Below, piece by piece: positions 1 to 13,968 of a stretch of DNA of 64,000 nucleotides (positions are counted from its first letter, which is position 1; each line of letters begins with the position of its first letter). The position numbers and the translations under genes were made by a program. The notes beneath the pieces are model-generated. The model had not been told where the DNA came from. It did no database searches and worked only from the letters and a program-made list of their open reading frames with translations. Location of the stretch: NCBI GenBank assembly GCA_965153355.1, contig OZ231126.1, positions 38,874,001 to 38,938,000 on the forward strand, read 5' to 3'. This DNA is from Flaccisagitta enflata. Its lineage: Eukaryota.

Positions 1-385
1 AAATGGGTTTGACTACGGACACACCTTCTTATAGAGATGTGAGGACGCATCTAATAATGATTGTGGACTGTTTGAGAGTGATTTGGCGTGAATAGGGTGA
101 CATTGAGAAAATGGTTTCGGATGACGGACATTGACTTTATAGATGAGGGACGCATTCATTAATGATTGTGGACTGTTTGAGAGTGATTTATGTGAATAGG
201 GTGACATTGAGAAAATGGATTTCGGACGGACGGACACACCCTCATATAGAGATGCTAGTATTCATCTTACAATGATTGTGGACTGTTTGAGAGTGATTTG
301 GCGTGCAGAGGGTGACATTGAGAAAATGGGTTTTGGACGGACAGACACATCCTTTTCTTATAGAGATGCGAGGCGCATCTAAAAA
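1..385 (-). repeat. Short interspersed element fragment with about 110-bp tandem internal duplications
   Basis: aatgattgtggactgtttgagagtgattt recurs at about 56, 162 and 271; the tatagagatgcgagg(ac)gcatct end motif also occurs near 9825-9840 and 54580. Confidence 0.6.
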
Positions 386-534
386 GTAGTGCAATTGATG
401 GGAAATTGTTTGATTCGTCTACATCCAAAATCTTGTATTTTCACTTTTTCTCATAAAACTTAATAAGGATCGATCTAATTAGTTAAAGATGTCTCATGTA
501 GGGTAGTGAGGTGGAGGTGGTCGAGGGTGTGAGA

Positions 535-1160
535 CCACCCCTCGGCCCCACCCTCCCACCCCTTGGTTGAAATTGACCACCCCTTGGTTTACCCCTCCCA
601 CCCCTCGGTTTACCCCTCCCACCCCTCGGTTTGCGACCTCCTCAGCTTACCCTCGTCCACCCCATCGGTCTACCCCTCGTTCTACCCCTGGGTCTACCCC
701 TGGGTCTACCCCTGGGTCCACCCCTCGTTTTTTTTATACTTCAAAAATTTAATAAAATTGCTAGTTTGCAAAAAGTACAAAAATCTCATTTACATATTGC
801 AGTCTCAATACCTTTAAGTTCAAGGGATTTTATAATTCAAAAAACCAAAAAGAGTGGTGGCGGGGGAGGGTGCTGGTTCAAACTGAAATTGTTTATAAAA
901 TACACGACTATCATTTAAATTAAAATGAAAATGTCTACCCCTCGGTCTACCCCTCGGTCAACTTCGGGTCTACCACTGGGTCTACCCCTCGGTTCTTTTT
1001 TATACTTCAAAAATTTGATAAAATTGCTAGTTTACAAAAAGTACAAAAATCTCATTTACATATTGCAGTTTCAATACCTTTAAGTTCAAGGAATTTCATA
1101 ATTCAAAAAAACAAAAAGGGTGGTGGTTTAAACTGAAAATGCACAGCTATCATTTAATTT
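535..1160. repeat. ctacccctcggt-type minisatellite plus a direct duplication of roughly 200 bp
   Basis: Repeated (t)acccctcggt/ctacccctgggt units; block ttttatacttcaaaaattt...aaactgaaa present at about 732-888 and 998-1139. Confidence 0.7.
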
Positions 1161-1280
1161 ACAGCCTAGAGAAAAGAAACATTTTGCAGATATATATATA
1201 TAGACATTTTTCCCATAGCAAGTAAAATATTTCATTCGTGGTAAAACAAAACCTTTTACCTTAAGCAAGTTAAAATTTGC

Positions 1281-1553
1281 CTAACCCCAACACAACCCGT
1301 AACCCTAACACAACCCTTAACCCTAAACTCAACATTACCCCTAGCCCTAAACCTAACACAACCCTTAACCCTAAACCTAATACAACCCTTAACCCTAAAC
1401 TCAACATTACCCCTAACCCTAAACCCAATACTACCTTTAACCCTAAACTCAACATTACCCCTAACCCTAAACCTAACACAACCCTTAACCCTAAACCTAA
1501 CACAACCCTTAACCCTAAACCCAACACTACCCCTAACCCTAAACCCAACACTA
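1281..1553. repeat. Degenerate (CCCTAA)-like minisatellite
   Basis: taaccctaaacc/caacccttaaccctaaa units in a 6-bp register with a roughly 24-bp higher-order unit. Confidence 0.8.
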
Positions 1554-2485
1554 CCGGTAGATTTTTTTCTCAGGCGGAAGTAGCTTAAAAAGTGCTTTTC
1601 TTGTACCTAAGAATGTGTTACGAGCGCCATGGCGTCATTTTTCAGTCAAAAATTATAAGATGTAAACATATTTCAAATTTCTACATCAAATTGAGAGGAA
1701 TTTCATGCAATTTCCTTCATTTTGCCCCTCTCTTATGTAGAAAATCGGGGAAAAAAATGCGTGATCTTTGCGTGATGGAGGCTTCCTACCAAATTTTTTC
1801 CATTTATGATCTATTCCAAAGTGTTTCTTACATCCTATTCCATTCACTCGGGCATCTTTGAGAACTAGATGAAAAAAAAAATGGAAGTAATCTATCGCAA
1901 ATACGAAAAATTGTGGCCTCCCGTATATTGTGACTCAACCGGGAAAACTTGGTTTTTTTCTGCTTGTTGATATATGTGCGATAAATCGCTCAGATTAAGC
2001 TCATATGCACACCAAAAATGTCTTCTTTTTTTTTAAATCATGTATCGGAAAGCAAAAGAAGTTACTAGAAGCAATATCGTATCAATTTGTTTTGTATTGG
2101 CTTTCACGGAGTACTTGCAAGAGTTTCTGGTTTTAAGACGCTTGAGCGAATTAATTGTCCCACGCTCTGTCCCATCTATTTTTTATTCCGTTACTTGTCA
2201 AATGGTCTCATGTCAGTTTTCCTATTGATTTTCTGGTTACGCTTGAGTGTTCTCCCATCAGCGAAAGTGTAAATAACTTTTAAAACTGGAAGAAACCGTA
2301 GCAATTAGGCAGGAATTGAAGTCGAGGAGTTTCTGGTTTTCAGACGCTATGCCAGAAACTCAAAAAAAAATGTTGGGTCCTTCAAAATCTTTTTCATTTA
2401 ATTGAATGAGCTCAGAATAAGATCAAAATTGGTGAATCCTATAAGCATACGACACAGGAAACAAAAATTCACCCGATGACTATTT

Positions 2486-2518
<33 letters not shown>

Positions 2519-2654
2519 TCATCTGACAAACCTATAATGAGAAATGTACATAAGCATTTTTGAAATGTTTTAAAGAACACAAAAAGTTGATTATGCTCCG
2601 ATGAATCATGTGTTGGTAGAAGTTGGAGTTCATGCAGAATTAAAGCAGTCTTAT

Positions 2655-3085
2655 CGGAAGAAAGCGCATTTAGTCCCTCTTTACAAGACATTCGTAAGGC
2701 CCAAGTTAGAGTTTGCAGCCTCAAGTTGGAACCCGTGGCAAGAAGGCGATATCAGAACGTTGGAGAAAGTCCAGGAGAGATTGTCTGACGCAAGGGGCTC
2801 GACGTACGAAGAAAGAGCAAAAGACGCAGGAATTACGACTTTAAAGAAGAGGAGGAGGAGAGGAGATGCGATAGAAACATTCAAAGTGTTGAATGGCTTC
2901 ACCAAAGTTGAAAAGAGCGAGTGGTTTGAGGAAGTAGGAGAGGCGGCGAGACACAATAATCACGGACCAAGGGCAAATCAAAAGGGAGAAAGTATTGAAA
3001 GTTGGAAGCGCTAAACTCGAATTAAGAAAGAACTTCTTTAATATCCGGGTGGCGAGGAGCTGGAATGAGATACCGGATGAAGTAA
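2655..3085 (+). pseudogene. 3' remnant of CR1-type LINE ORF2 (region C-terminal to the RT domain)
   Basis: LYKTFVRPKLEFAASSWNP...LEKVQER...YEER...LKKRRRRGDAIETFKVLNG, then after a frameshift RKNFFNIRVARSWNEIP; followed by an (ATTG)n microsatellite at 3085-3250. Confidence 0.85.
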
Positions 3086-3133
3086 TTGATTGATTGATTG
3101 ATTGTTTGATTGATTGATCGATCGATTATTAAT

Positions 3134-3165
<32 letters not shown>

Positions 3166-3267
3166 AAGATGATTGATTGACTGTTTAATTGATCAATTGA
3201 TTATTAAATTTATGAATTGATTTATTGGTTAATTGATTAATTGAGTGATTGAATTAACAACGGTAAA

Positions 3268-4252
<985 letters not shown>

Positions 4253-4355
4253 TAACAGTTATGAAAAGCATTTGGAACGAATGAAAGGCCTAGTCCTGAA
4301 ACAAATATCATGTAAACTGATAATCGTGCCATCCATACTAACAAATGTCGCTTAC

Positions 4356-4674
4356 CTACGACGTTGGTTGCCGGTTGACTTTTCGCGTGAACAACATCGA
4401 CTTGGTATCCGTCATAGGTCCAACTGCCAAATTTCATCAAACATTCTTGTTCGTCAAAGGGCAAGAATTCCGCGTTGATGTCACAAGACGATTCCAAAAT
4501 AGCCGAGGGCGACCAAACTACATTTCCAGTGTGGTAGATTGTGGCTTTGGGAATTGAGGACGACGTAGTTGGGGAAATAAGGTCGTAGTTGCCGTCGGCG
4601 GAGTTGAAGAGGACAATATCGGGACGCCACAGTTTGGATGTGGGCACGTGTAAATGCTTCACGCCACCATAGTC
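4356..4674 (-). CDS. nAChR subunit, coding exon 3 (loop A, Cys-loop, loop B)
   Basis: AG acceptor at 4676-4675; [11 protein letters not shown]...[16 protein letters not shown]...Cys-loop [15 protein letters not shown] (C-x13-C)...KFGSWTYDG; donor GTAAGC at 4355-4350. Loop C and the TM exons were not found, so alpha versus non-alpha cannot be called. Confidence 0.96.
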
Positions 4675-4687
4675 CTAATTCAGGATT

Positions 4688-5159
<472 letters not shown>

Positions 5160-5171
5160 TAACATATCTAC

Positions 5172-5292
5172 CTTGGGATCCCAGCTAAGTTGGTAGTCCT
5201 CCCATTGTTGCTCAAGCCAGACGTTGGTGGTCATGATTTGATTTGTTTCGTCGACGTCGACCAGATGACCCAGTCGCAATGAAATTTTTACC
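5172..5292 (-). CDS. nAChR subunit, coding exon 2
   Basis: AG acceptor at 5294-5293; translates (R)[40 protein letters not shown], including the conserved NQIMTTNVW and WxDYxLxWDP motifs; GT donor at 5171-5170, phase 0. Confidence 0.95.
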
Positions 5293-6257
5293 CTTATTAA
5301 ACGATTCAGAAAGTGAGGTTATCCCATCTATAGTAAGTCACGCGGGGTAGTTAAATCGTCATGGACGGGTGGGCTTTGGGCAGGGGCGTTCACCCACCGG
5401 CTTGGCAGAGGAGGTGTATATCTAATAGCACGCAGGTTACTGGCTAAAAATCGTCGGAACCTTTAAGTTCATGAGATGTGCGCACCATTTCATGATATTA
5501 TGCACCAAAAAAAATTTGGAGGTCGTCCGATGTCAGGAAGATGGCCCCGCCACCCCCCCCCCCTGAGTAAAGTGGTGGTGGTGGAACAAATTTTGTTGTT
5601 TCAAGGTCATTTTGACCTCAAAATTGGGCCAATTTGCCTTAGAAAAATGACAAAAATCCATGAGATTATAAAATTAGAGCTCAAGAGCTAGCCAGTGATG
5701 CAATCTGCATGTTTCTATCATAACCGGCCAAACCAGCCTACCACCCAACCAGCCTACCAGCCTAAAAGTGAAAAACATGCATAACTTTGGCATTTTTCAA
5801 CCGATTTAGTTGAAACTTGTTATGTGGTCTCTGAAGGGAAGGACTCAACATATGAATTTGATTTATAAAGATTTTAGCATGCTAACCAGCCAAACCGGCC
5901 TACCACCCAACCAGCCTACCAACCTAAAAGTGAAAAACGTGCATAACTTTGGCATTATTCAATTGATTTGGTTGAAACTTGGTATGTAGTCTCTGAATGG
6001 AAGGACTCAACATATGAATCCGATTTATAAAGATCTTAGCATGCTTACCAGCCAAACCGGACTACCACCCAACCAGCCTACTAGCCTGAAAGTGAAAAAC
6101 ATGCGTAACTTTGTCATTTTCTAATTGATTTGGTTGAAACTTAGTATAGAGTCTTAAAATGGAAGGACTCAACATATGTATTCAATTTGTTAAGATTTTA
6201 GTATGCTAACCGACCAAACCGGGCTACCACCCAACCAGCCTACCAACCTAAAAGTGA

Positions 6258-6450
6258 ACAAGGCCGGATACACGGCTACCGAAGTCGCGTGCGGGTGGGC
6301 AGGGGCCATATTTGAGGTCACCAGACCATTTGGGCAGGAGCAGTGAGGTCAAAGAAATAAAATCATAAAAAAAAGTAAAGTGTGACCGACCGACCAACCG
6401 ACCGACCGACCGACCGACCGACCGACGGACAAAGCGAGTTGTAGAGTCGC
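6258..6450 (-). mobile_element. DINE-1/HINE-like element (family A) nested in the foldback arm
   Basis: aacaaggccggatacacggc stem-loop end, agtcgcgtg subterminal repeat, (gacc)n microsatellite. Confidence 0.85.
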
Positions 6451-6924
6451 TGCATAACTTTGGCATTTTTCAACCGATTTGGTTGAAACTAGGTATGTAG
6501 TCTCTAGATGGAAGGACTCAACATATGAATTTGATTTATAAAGATTTTAGCATGCTAACCGGCCTACCACCCAACCAACCTACCACCTTCAAAAACATAA
6601 ATGTGCATAACTTGAACAATTTTTAATCAATTTGGTTAAAACTTGGTATGCAGACTCAAAATGAAATGACTTAATGTATGTGTGCAACCAGAGCAGCTTA
6701 CCTCTCAAACACTCCTAAGACAACGCCATTTGATAACGCCAAATTGATTGAAAATTGTTCAAGTTATGCACATTTATCATTTTGAAGGTGGCAGGTTGGT
6801 TGGGTGGTAGGCCAGTTAGCAGGCTAAAATCTTTATAAATCAAATTCATAAGTTGAGTCCTTCCATCTAGAGACTACATACCAAGTTTCAACAAAATCAG
6901 TTTAAATGTCAAAATTATGCAGGT

Positions 6925-7535
6925 TTTTGGGCAGCGGCCCCAAAGGGGACTAAGTCCTGTAGAACACAGGGGGAATCTGTCCGTCCGTACGTCTGTCCGT
7001 CCGTACGTCCCACCCTGCCCCATCCTCAGGGCTTCGTCTCCTTCGGGGCCTTTTCTGACCCTAATTCTGCCAAATAGCCCAAATCCAGGCAATATGGCCC
7101 AAATCTAAGCAAAATGGCCCAATTCCAAGCATAATGGCAGAAATCCAAGCAAAATGGCCCAAATCTTGCCAGAAATCCCTAAATCTGGCCTGATATCCAT
7201 CATTTTGGCCTCCAATACCTAGATTCTGACCAGATTTGGGCCATTTTGCTTGGATTTTGGCCATAATGCTTGAAATGGGCCATTTTTCTTAGATTTGGGC
7301 CATATTGCTTGGATTTGGGCTATTTGGCAGAATTAGGGTCAGAATAGGCCCCGAGGGAGACGAAGCTCTGAGGATGGGGCAGGGGGGGACGGACAAACAG
7401 ATGGACGGATGGACAGACTATGTCCTACAAGACTTTGTCCCCTTCGGGGCTGCAGCCCTGCTCCCCTTAACTTAAATCACACAAAACTCAAGCAGGGCAC
7501 AGGTACCACTGATCACTTACCGCCTTTGGGCTGTT
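6925..7535 (+). mobile_element. Interspersed element family B (gggcagcggcccc...ggggccgctgccc inverted repeats with 20-21-bp internal repeats)
   Basis: ttttgggcagcggccccaaagggg start, inverted copy near 7430-7460 and (gtcc)n tract; further copies listed below. Confidence 0.8.
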
Positions 7536-8421
7536 CACTTTTAGGCTGGTAGGCTGGTTGGGTGGTAGGCTGGTTTGGTCGGTTAGCATGCTAAAATCTT
7601 AACAAATCAAATACACATGTTGAGTCCTTCCATTTCAAAACTTTATACTAAGTTTCAACTAAATCAATTGAAAAATGACAAAGTAATGCACGTTTTTCAC
7701 TTTTAGGCTAGTAGGCTGGTTGGGTAGTAGTCCGGTTTGGCTGGTTAGCATGCTCAAATCCTTATAAATCGAATTCATATGTTGAGTCCTTCCATTCAGA
7801 GACTACATACCAAGTTTCAACCAAATCAATTGAATAATGCAAAAGTTATGCACATTTTACACTGTTAGGCTGGTAGGCTGGTTGGGTGGTAGGCCGGTTT
7901 GGCTGGTTAGCATGCTAAAATCCTTATAAATCAAATTCATATGTTGAGTCCTTCCATTCAGAGACAACATACCAAGTTTCAACTAAATTGGTTGAAAAAT
8001 GCCAGAGTTATGCATGTTTTTCACTTTTAGGCTGGTAGGCTGGTTGGGTGGTAGGCTGGTTTGGCCGGTTATGATAGAAACATGCAGATTGCATCACTGG
8101 CTAGCTCTTGAGCTCTAATTATATAATCTCATGGATTTTTGTCATTTTTCTAAGGCAAATTGGCCCAAATTTGAGGTCAAAATGACCTTGAAACAACAAA
8201 ATTTGTTCCACCACCACCACTTTACTCAGGGGGGGGGGGGGTGGCGGGGCCATCTTCCCGACATCGGACGACCTCCAAATTTTTTTTGGTGCATAATATC
8301 ATGAAATGGTGCGCACATCTCTTGAACTTAAAGGTTCCGACGATTTTTAGCCAGTAACCTGCGTGCTAATATCTAATTTTGAGAGGGATGTACACGCAAC
8401 TGAAATAATGCCCAGCATCAC

Positions 8422-8696
8422 CTGATCGTTTCACTGTCACTGGACACGGGCCGAATGAGATAGTTGTATCGAGAGGAGCCATTTGAGTCGCTTCCGAAAA
8501 GATCGTCGTAGAGACGATTCGCATCCGGACTGGCGCTTACAAAGCACGAGTGTGGAAGAAGAAAAAATGGCGTCAAAAGGGCCAAATAAGCGGATACATA
8601 ACGCGCGGAGGAGGAGGAGGAGGAGGAGGAGGAGGAGGAGGATATTAAATCCGGGCAGTAAGGTAGGATCTTAGTAGCGATAAAACGGATAGTCAT
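8422..8696 (-). CDS. Nicotinic acetylcholine receptor (Cys-loop) subunit, first coding exon (signal peptide and N-terminal helix)
   Basis: ATG at 8696; hydrophobic stretch YLALLTPFFLLPHSCFVSA followed by SPDANRLYDDL...RYNYLIRPV, the typical nAChR mature N-terminus; GT donor at 8421-8420 (phase 2) joins in frame to the next exon. The start codon is the least certain part. Confidence 0.85.
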
Positions 8697-9362
8697 GGTT
8701 AATTGGTAATACTAATGGTATCCCCAAGGGCTTTTTTTTGTCTCTTTAATTTGCCATTTGTTTGTGTCTATTCTTTTTATTACTTTATTTATTTCGTTCT
8801 TTTTTTTTCATTGAAGTGACGAATGCTAAATTTAACCAATCATGCATATGAAAAAAAAACAGCTTGCACTTTTTTGACGGTTGCTTTGATTGAACTCCAC
8901 GCGTAATATAACAGTTGCAATATGTGATTTTATTGATCGACCCTAACTTCTGAACTCTGTCTTGTACATGTATTAAGAGTAAATTAGATTTAGGAAGTGG
9001 TGGAGTGGTCGAGCTCTAGTTTCTTCATCGATCAGGTTTCTTGGTATCCTGCACGCGTCTCTTTAGGTTGTTGGCTGGACCTGTATTTATCAGTTAATTC
9101 AGTTTTATTCGTTTCGGGCTTTTCGGGTATTCACAAGCGGCTTTTTTTTTTTTTTTTTTTGGTCTCCCTGCCTATGTTGACCATAGGCATAGCAGCTTTT
9201 GCGAAACAGCCCAACCCACTTCTGGATGAAAAGGTCACAGCAATGAAGCCCACTTAAAGAAAGATTAAGATTAGGATTATTGAATATAAGAAAGACCTTC
9301 TCCGTCACTTGGACTGTATGTCGGGCTGTCTGTTGATCCATCTCCTAGCACAAAAAAGAAAA

Positions 9363-9568
9363 ACAAGGCCGGATACACGGCTACCCCAGTCGCGTGCGGG
9401 TGGGCAGGGGCCATAATTGAGGTCAGTGGAACATTTGGGCAGGAGCAATAAGGCCAAAACCCCCATTAACGCCAAAAAAGTAAAGTGTGACGGACGGACG
9501 GACCGACGGACGGACGGACGGACGGACCGACAAAGCGGGGTGTAGAGTCGCGTAGCACGCGACTAAAA
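9363..9568 (-). mobile_element. DINE-1/HINE-like element (family A), full length
   Basis: On the minus strand: ttttagtcgcgtgctacgcgact start, (gtcc)n, cacgcgact subterminal inverted repeat, gccgtgtatccggc stem-loop, cttgtt end in T-rich flanks. Confidence 0.9.
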
Positions 9569-10479
9569 AAGGAAATTTCGGCGCCTACCCAACCTCACGC
9601 GAGTGGTGATGACCGTGTATCCGGCTATGATTTTAGTCGTGGATACGCGACTCTGAAACTTGCTCTGTCGATCGGGCGTTTGTTGGTCAGTCGGTCTGTC
9701 AGCGGCAACGAAAACAAAATTAAGCGTTTTTTTCGCTATTCCTCTTCTGCCCAACCCGTCCACGACCGGGGGGAAGTTGTTTACGGCCTTGTTCTAACTT
9801 CTCTTGCTTTACAGTTTTTAATTGCGTCCTCGCATCTCTAAGTCTAAGAAGGTGTGCCCAACTGTCCGTAGGTCCGTAGGTCCATAAATCTATAGGTCTG
9901 TAGGTCGGTAGGTCTGTAGGTAATGTGAAAATTTCACGACGCGATTTTAGAGGGAAAACCCATGATTTCTCCAACTCTCATCTCTCAATCAAGATAATTA
10001 TCGAGAGAGGACTTACCCATTGGACATCTCTGTCTTTGAATCACTGACGGGATTGACTTAGCTTAGGGGATTATCTAATGAAGGCGGCTGTTGCTCGAGG
10101 AAATAAGATTTCTATTCCGCAGTATTAATAATTCGATTTACAAAAAAAAAAACTTGTTAAGACAGACGCTGTTGAAGGAAATGATCGCTCCTGTGATATA
10201 AGAAAAATCTATTTTCTACTTCTTGTCCGTCTACTTTTTTCTTCTCATTCTTTTTTTTTTCTTCTTTACATTCTTCTTCGTCTTAGGGCGTAGGGATGGT
10301 GACCCCATCCAAATCGTCCTTTTGGTCCTTCCAATAAATCCCATTTCTTCTTCTTCTTCTTCATCTTTTTCCTCTTACTCTTAAGCTCATCTCAAGGAAA
10401 AGGACAAAAAAGATGTCTCTTTGGCAATATGGATCATAGAATTAACAGAAACATATATGTTCATACCACCGTTCTTAGT

Positions 10480-10725
10480 CACGGATCTTGATCTTGTTAG
10501 TGATCTCGTTAGTGATCTCGTTAGGGATCATGTCAGTGATCTCGTTAGTGATCTCGTTAGTGATCGCATTAGTGATCATGTTAGTGATCTCGTTAGTGAT
10601 CGCGTTAGTGATCATGTTAGTGATCGCGTTAGTGATCATGTTAGTGATCTCGTTAGTGATCGCGTTAGTGATCGCGTTAGTGATCATGTTAGTGATCTCG
10701 TTAGTGATTGCGTTAGTGATCATGT
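10480..10725. repeat. 12-bp GATC satellite (gttagtgatcNN), left fragment
   Basis: About 20 units with NN = at/tc/gc. Confidence 0.97.
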
Positions 10726-11656
10726 CCGCCACATGCACGAGTTGAGCTAGCTGCATTATTTCTAGTCTCAAAAAAAAATTGAGTGACAAGGCTGGAAAAA
10801 AGTCAATCTTGTCTAAAAAAAACTGGGGAATCCAACCGTGACTTTTTTAGAGCCCTACGCGGCCCCCAAAAAACACCCAAAAACGGCTATTTTTGGGTAT
10901 TTTTGGCAAAAATTTGGTACTCAAAAGTAGGCCAAGTGTTTAAATTCGTATTTGGAGATGCTTCATGATGTAAGAGACTAGGAAAACAAGAATCTTGATG
11001 GTGGGGCTATAATGGGGTACCTAAAAAGGCTCAAAAAGGGCCCTTAAAGCGTGAAAATATTAGTTTTTTTTTCATTGTGGCTACAAAAATTATTGGAATC
11101 CCTTCAGATTTAAAATGGAATGTAAAATTTTGTGGCCCTCCCTAAATGGCTTCAAAGGAAAATTTGGCCCCAAAAAACAAAAATCGCCCCAAAAAAATCA
11201 TGTTTTTGAGTTCATTGACCTTAAAACAACATTTAAAGGTCAGGGTACCCCAATGTTTTTTCCTTTTTTGCAAATATAACATATCTGGAGGTTCCGAAAA
11301 AAATTTCTGGCCATATTTCCAAAAAATGGCGGAGATACGACCATTTGAAGTGACGTGGTAAAACTGAAAAATGCCAAAAATGGCCATTTTTTGGGATTTT
11401 TAGTAAAATTTGGTACAAAAATGGGTCCCAATAGTTATGATTCATAGTTGGGGACACTTCAAGATGTAAGAAACTAGAAAAACAAGAAATAATAATGGGG
11501 CTATTATGGGGTACCTAAAAAGGCCAAAAAAGGGCCCCTAAAGCGAAAAATAAATAGTCCTCTTTTATTGTGGCTACAAAAATGCTTGGAGTTCCTTCAA
11601 ATTTGAAATTGAACAAGGCCGGATACACGGCTACCCCAGTCGCATGCGGGAGGGCA

Positions 11657-12626
11657 CACTACCAGCCAAAACACGGAATGAGTTGCGGTAGAATGATTGT
11701 CTCTCACTTTGACAGTTTTTGGGTCATTGTAGTGTGTACAATATAAATCTAAAGAAAACTAAATCACTTTTGGGGCGCTTTTTGAAATATATGCAAAAAT
11801 GGTGTAAATTTAGTACATTTTTCATCGTAACTCTTTGTGGTGATCTTTTCTGGTATTTTTGACTGCAGATTCGGATTCAGCAAGTGCTTTGCTGTTCGTT
11901 TGATGGGTCACACTATATATTTTTGAAAAGGAAATAAAAAGTTAATTCTTTCATTATATTGCTATAAAATCTATTTATTTTTAATGATTTTATAACAAAA
12001 AGGAGCTTTTACTTCTTTTTCAAAGGTATATAGTGTGACATATCAAACGAACCGCAAACCACCCACTGAGTCCAAATCTGCGGTCAAAAATACTAAAATG
12101 AATCATCACAAAGCGTTATGATGAAAAATGTACTACCGTATTTCCTCTAATTAGCGCCCGGGGCGCTTACAAAATAGAAAAATGACATTGCCTCTTTTAC
12201 CTTCTAATTAGCGCCCCCTGTAGCAGGTCAAACAAGGAATGAAATACTGAAAAACAAAGTAAAATTGAAAATTTAGGGTAGGAAAAAATACAAATGTATT
12301 ATTCTAACAAAAAAATCCAAACATTAAGTCAGAAAAATAAAAAAACCCATAATGATTGACTGAAAATTTGCCAATCTTTAATGAAACAAAAAGCACAGCT
12401 GAGATAAGATTTTTTCAAAAGAGGGGGGGGGCGCTAATTAGAGGAGGGGCGCTAATTAGAGGAAATACGGTAAATTTGTACTATTTTAGTATATATTTCA
12501 AAAAGCGCCCCAAAAATGATTTAGTACTTTTTAGATTTGTATTATACACACCACAAGGACTCAAAACCTATCAGAGTTGTAGACAATCATTTCAAGTCAA
12601 CTCATTCCTTGTTCTGGCGGACAGTG
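11657..12626. mobile_element. CAC...GTG palindromic element (Chapaev/CMC-like) inserted in a family A HINE
   Basis: Termini CACT / AGTG with imperfect long inverted arms; 4-bp TSD ggca; HINE halves at 11612-11656 and 12627-12827 rejoin on removal. Confidence 0.75.
12136..12470. mobile_element. pogo/Tc1-mariner-type MITE
   Basis: TA|CCGTATTTCCTCTAATTAGCGCCC ... GGGCGCTAATTAGAGGAAATACGG|TA: terminal inverted repeats with a TA TSD. Confidence 0.9.
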
Positions 12627-12901
12627 GGCAGGGGCCGTATTTGAGGTCACCTGATCACTTGGACAGGAGCAGTGAGGCCATAGACCCCAAAAAACCAAAA
12701 AAAGTAAAGTGTGACGGATGGATGGACCAACGGATGGATGGACCGACGGACCAACGGACCGACGGATTGACGCACCAACGGACGGACCGACAAAGCGGGG
12801 TGTAGAGTCGCGTAGCACGCTACTAAAAATCGCTCCAAAAAAAATCATGTTTTCGAGTTCATTGACCTTAAAACAATATTCAAAGGTCAGGATACCATAA
12901 T

Positions 12902-13095
12902 TTTTAGTCGCGTGCTACGCGACTCTACACCCCGCTTTGTCGGTCCATCCGTCAGTCCGTCCGTCCGTCACACTTTACTTTTTCGGCGTTAATGGGGGTT
13001 TTGGCCTTATTGCTCCTGCCCAAATGTTCCGCTGACCTCAATTATGGCCCCTGCCCACCCGCACGCAACTGGGGTGGCCGTGTATCTGGCCTTGT
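12902..13095 (+). mobile_element. DINE-1/HINE-like element (family A)
   Basis: Near-identical, in reverse orientation, to 9363-9568. Confidence 0.9.
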
Positions 13096-13711
13096 TTTCC
13101 TCTTTTGCTAATATGACATGTTTGGAGGTTCTCAAAAAAATTTCAGGCCATATTTGCAAAAAAAGGGCATATGACCATTTGAAGCGACGTGGTACAACTG
13201 AAAAATGCTGAAAATAGTCATTTTAGGGATTTTTAGAAAAAATTTATATAAAAAGGAAAAAAAATAATTATCATATAATTGTACAGGAACTGTTTATTCG
13301 CTGTGGCTAGGCCAAGTTTGCGGATGCTGTATACAGTGTTTCTTACAGGGACTAATTCTTGGAGTGGGATTGTAAAGAAGTTATAAGTGGCTGATCTCAG
13401 AAAGCCACTTGCTCCATTTTGCCTTACTCTCTTACAGCAAGAAAACCCACCACAATATATTTTTTGGATCGCTCACATAAATCCAAGTTTGAAAAAGGGC
13501 AAATACTTTGTGAGGATATTTTGCTTTTAAGAGACCATTTTTGGTTTTTTTTTTAGACCATAAAAGTATTCCCACTGTGAAAAAAGCTTCTCATTTCAAC
13601 TACAGTGGTGTAGATTAGAAAGCCTGTTGAATGGAAAATTTTCTCACAAATATCACCATTTTCTTTTTTTTTTTACTTTCACCACTTAACTTCTGTCGTA
13701 TCTCAGCAATT

Positions 13712-13968
13712 TTTAGTTGCGGACACGCAACTCTATAAGAGGCTTTGTCCGTTCATCCGTCCGTCCGTCCGTCCGTCCGTTCGTCCGTTGGTCCGTTGGT
13801 CCGTTGGTCCGTGAACACGAGTCGAAAAGTGGAAAAATGAGCATTTTGAAGTTTTTTGTGAATGTGTCTGTGTTAGAAAGGGTATTGGGTGGGCTGTTGA
13901 ATGTGGATTGGAGTTTGCTGCCCCTGCCCACCCGTCCGCAACGATATTGTGACCCCGCGTCACTTGTT
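13712..13968 (+). mobile_element. HINE-like element, variant subfamily
   Basis: ttttagttgcggacacgcaactctataagagg start, (gtcc)n, cccctgcccaccc near the 3' end; a related copy lies at 29143-29319 (minus). Confidence 0.75.

Larger units (their letters stand above)
5426..8368. mobile_element. hAT-like foldback (almost fully palindromic) non-autonomous DNA transposon in nAChR intron 1
   Basis: Termini TAGCACGCAGGTTACTGG / CCAGTAACCTGCGTGCTA; perfect 8-bp TSD atatctaa (5418-5425, 8369-8376); arms built of about 180-bp subrepeats; symmetry centre near 6700; no transposase ORF. Confidence 0.92.

Noticed and set aside
1270-1588. Telomere or PNPK-repeat protein
   Set aside because: Short, degenerate, interstitial repeat; no evidence of a chromosome end or of coding.
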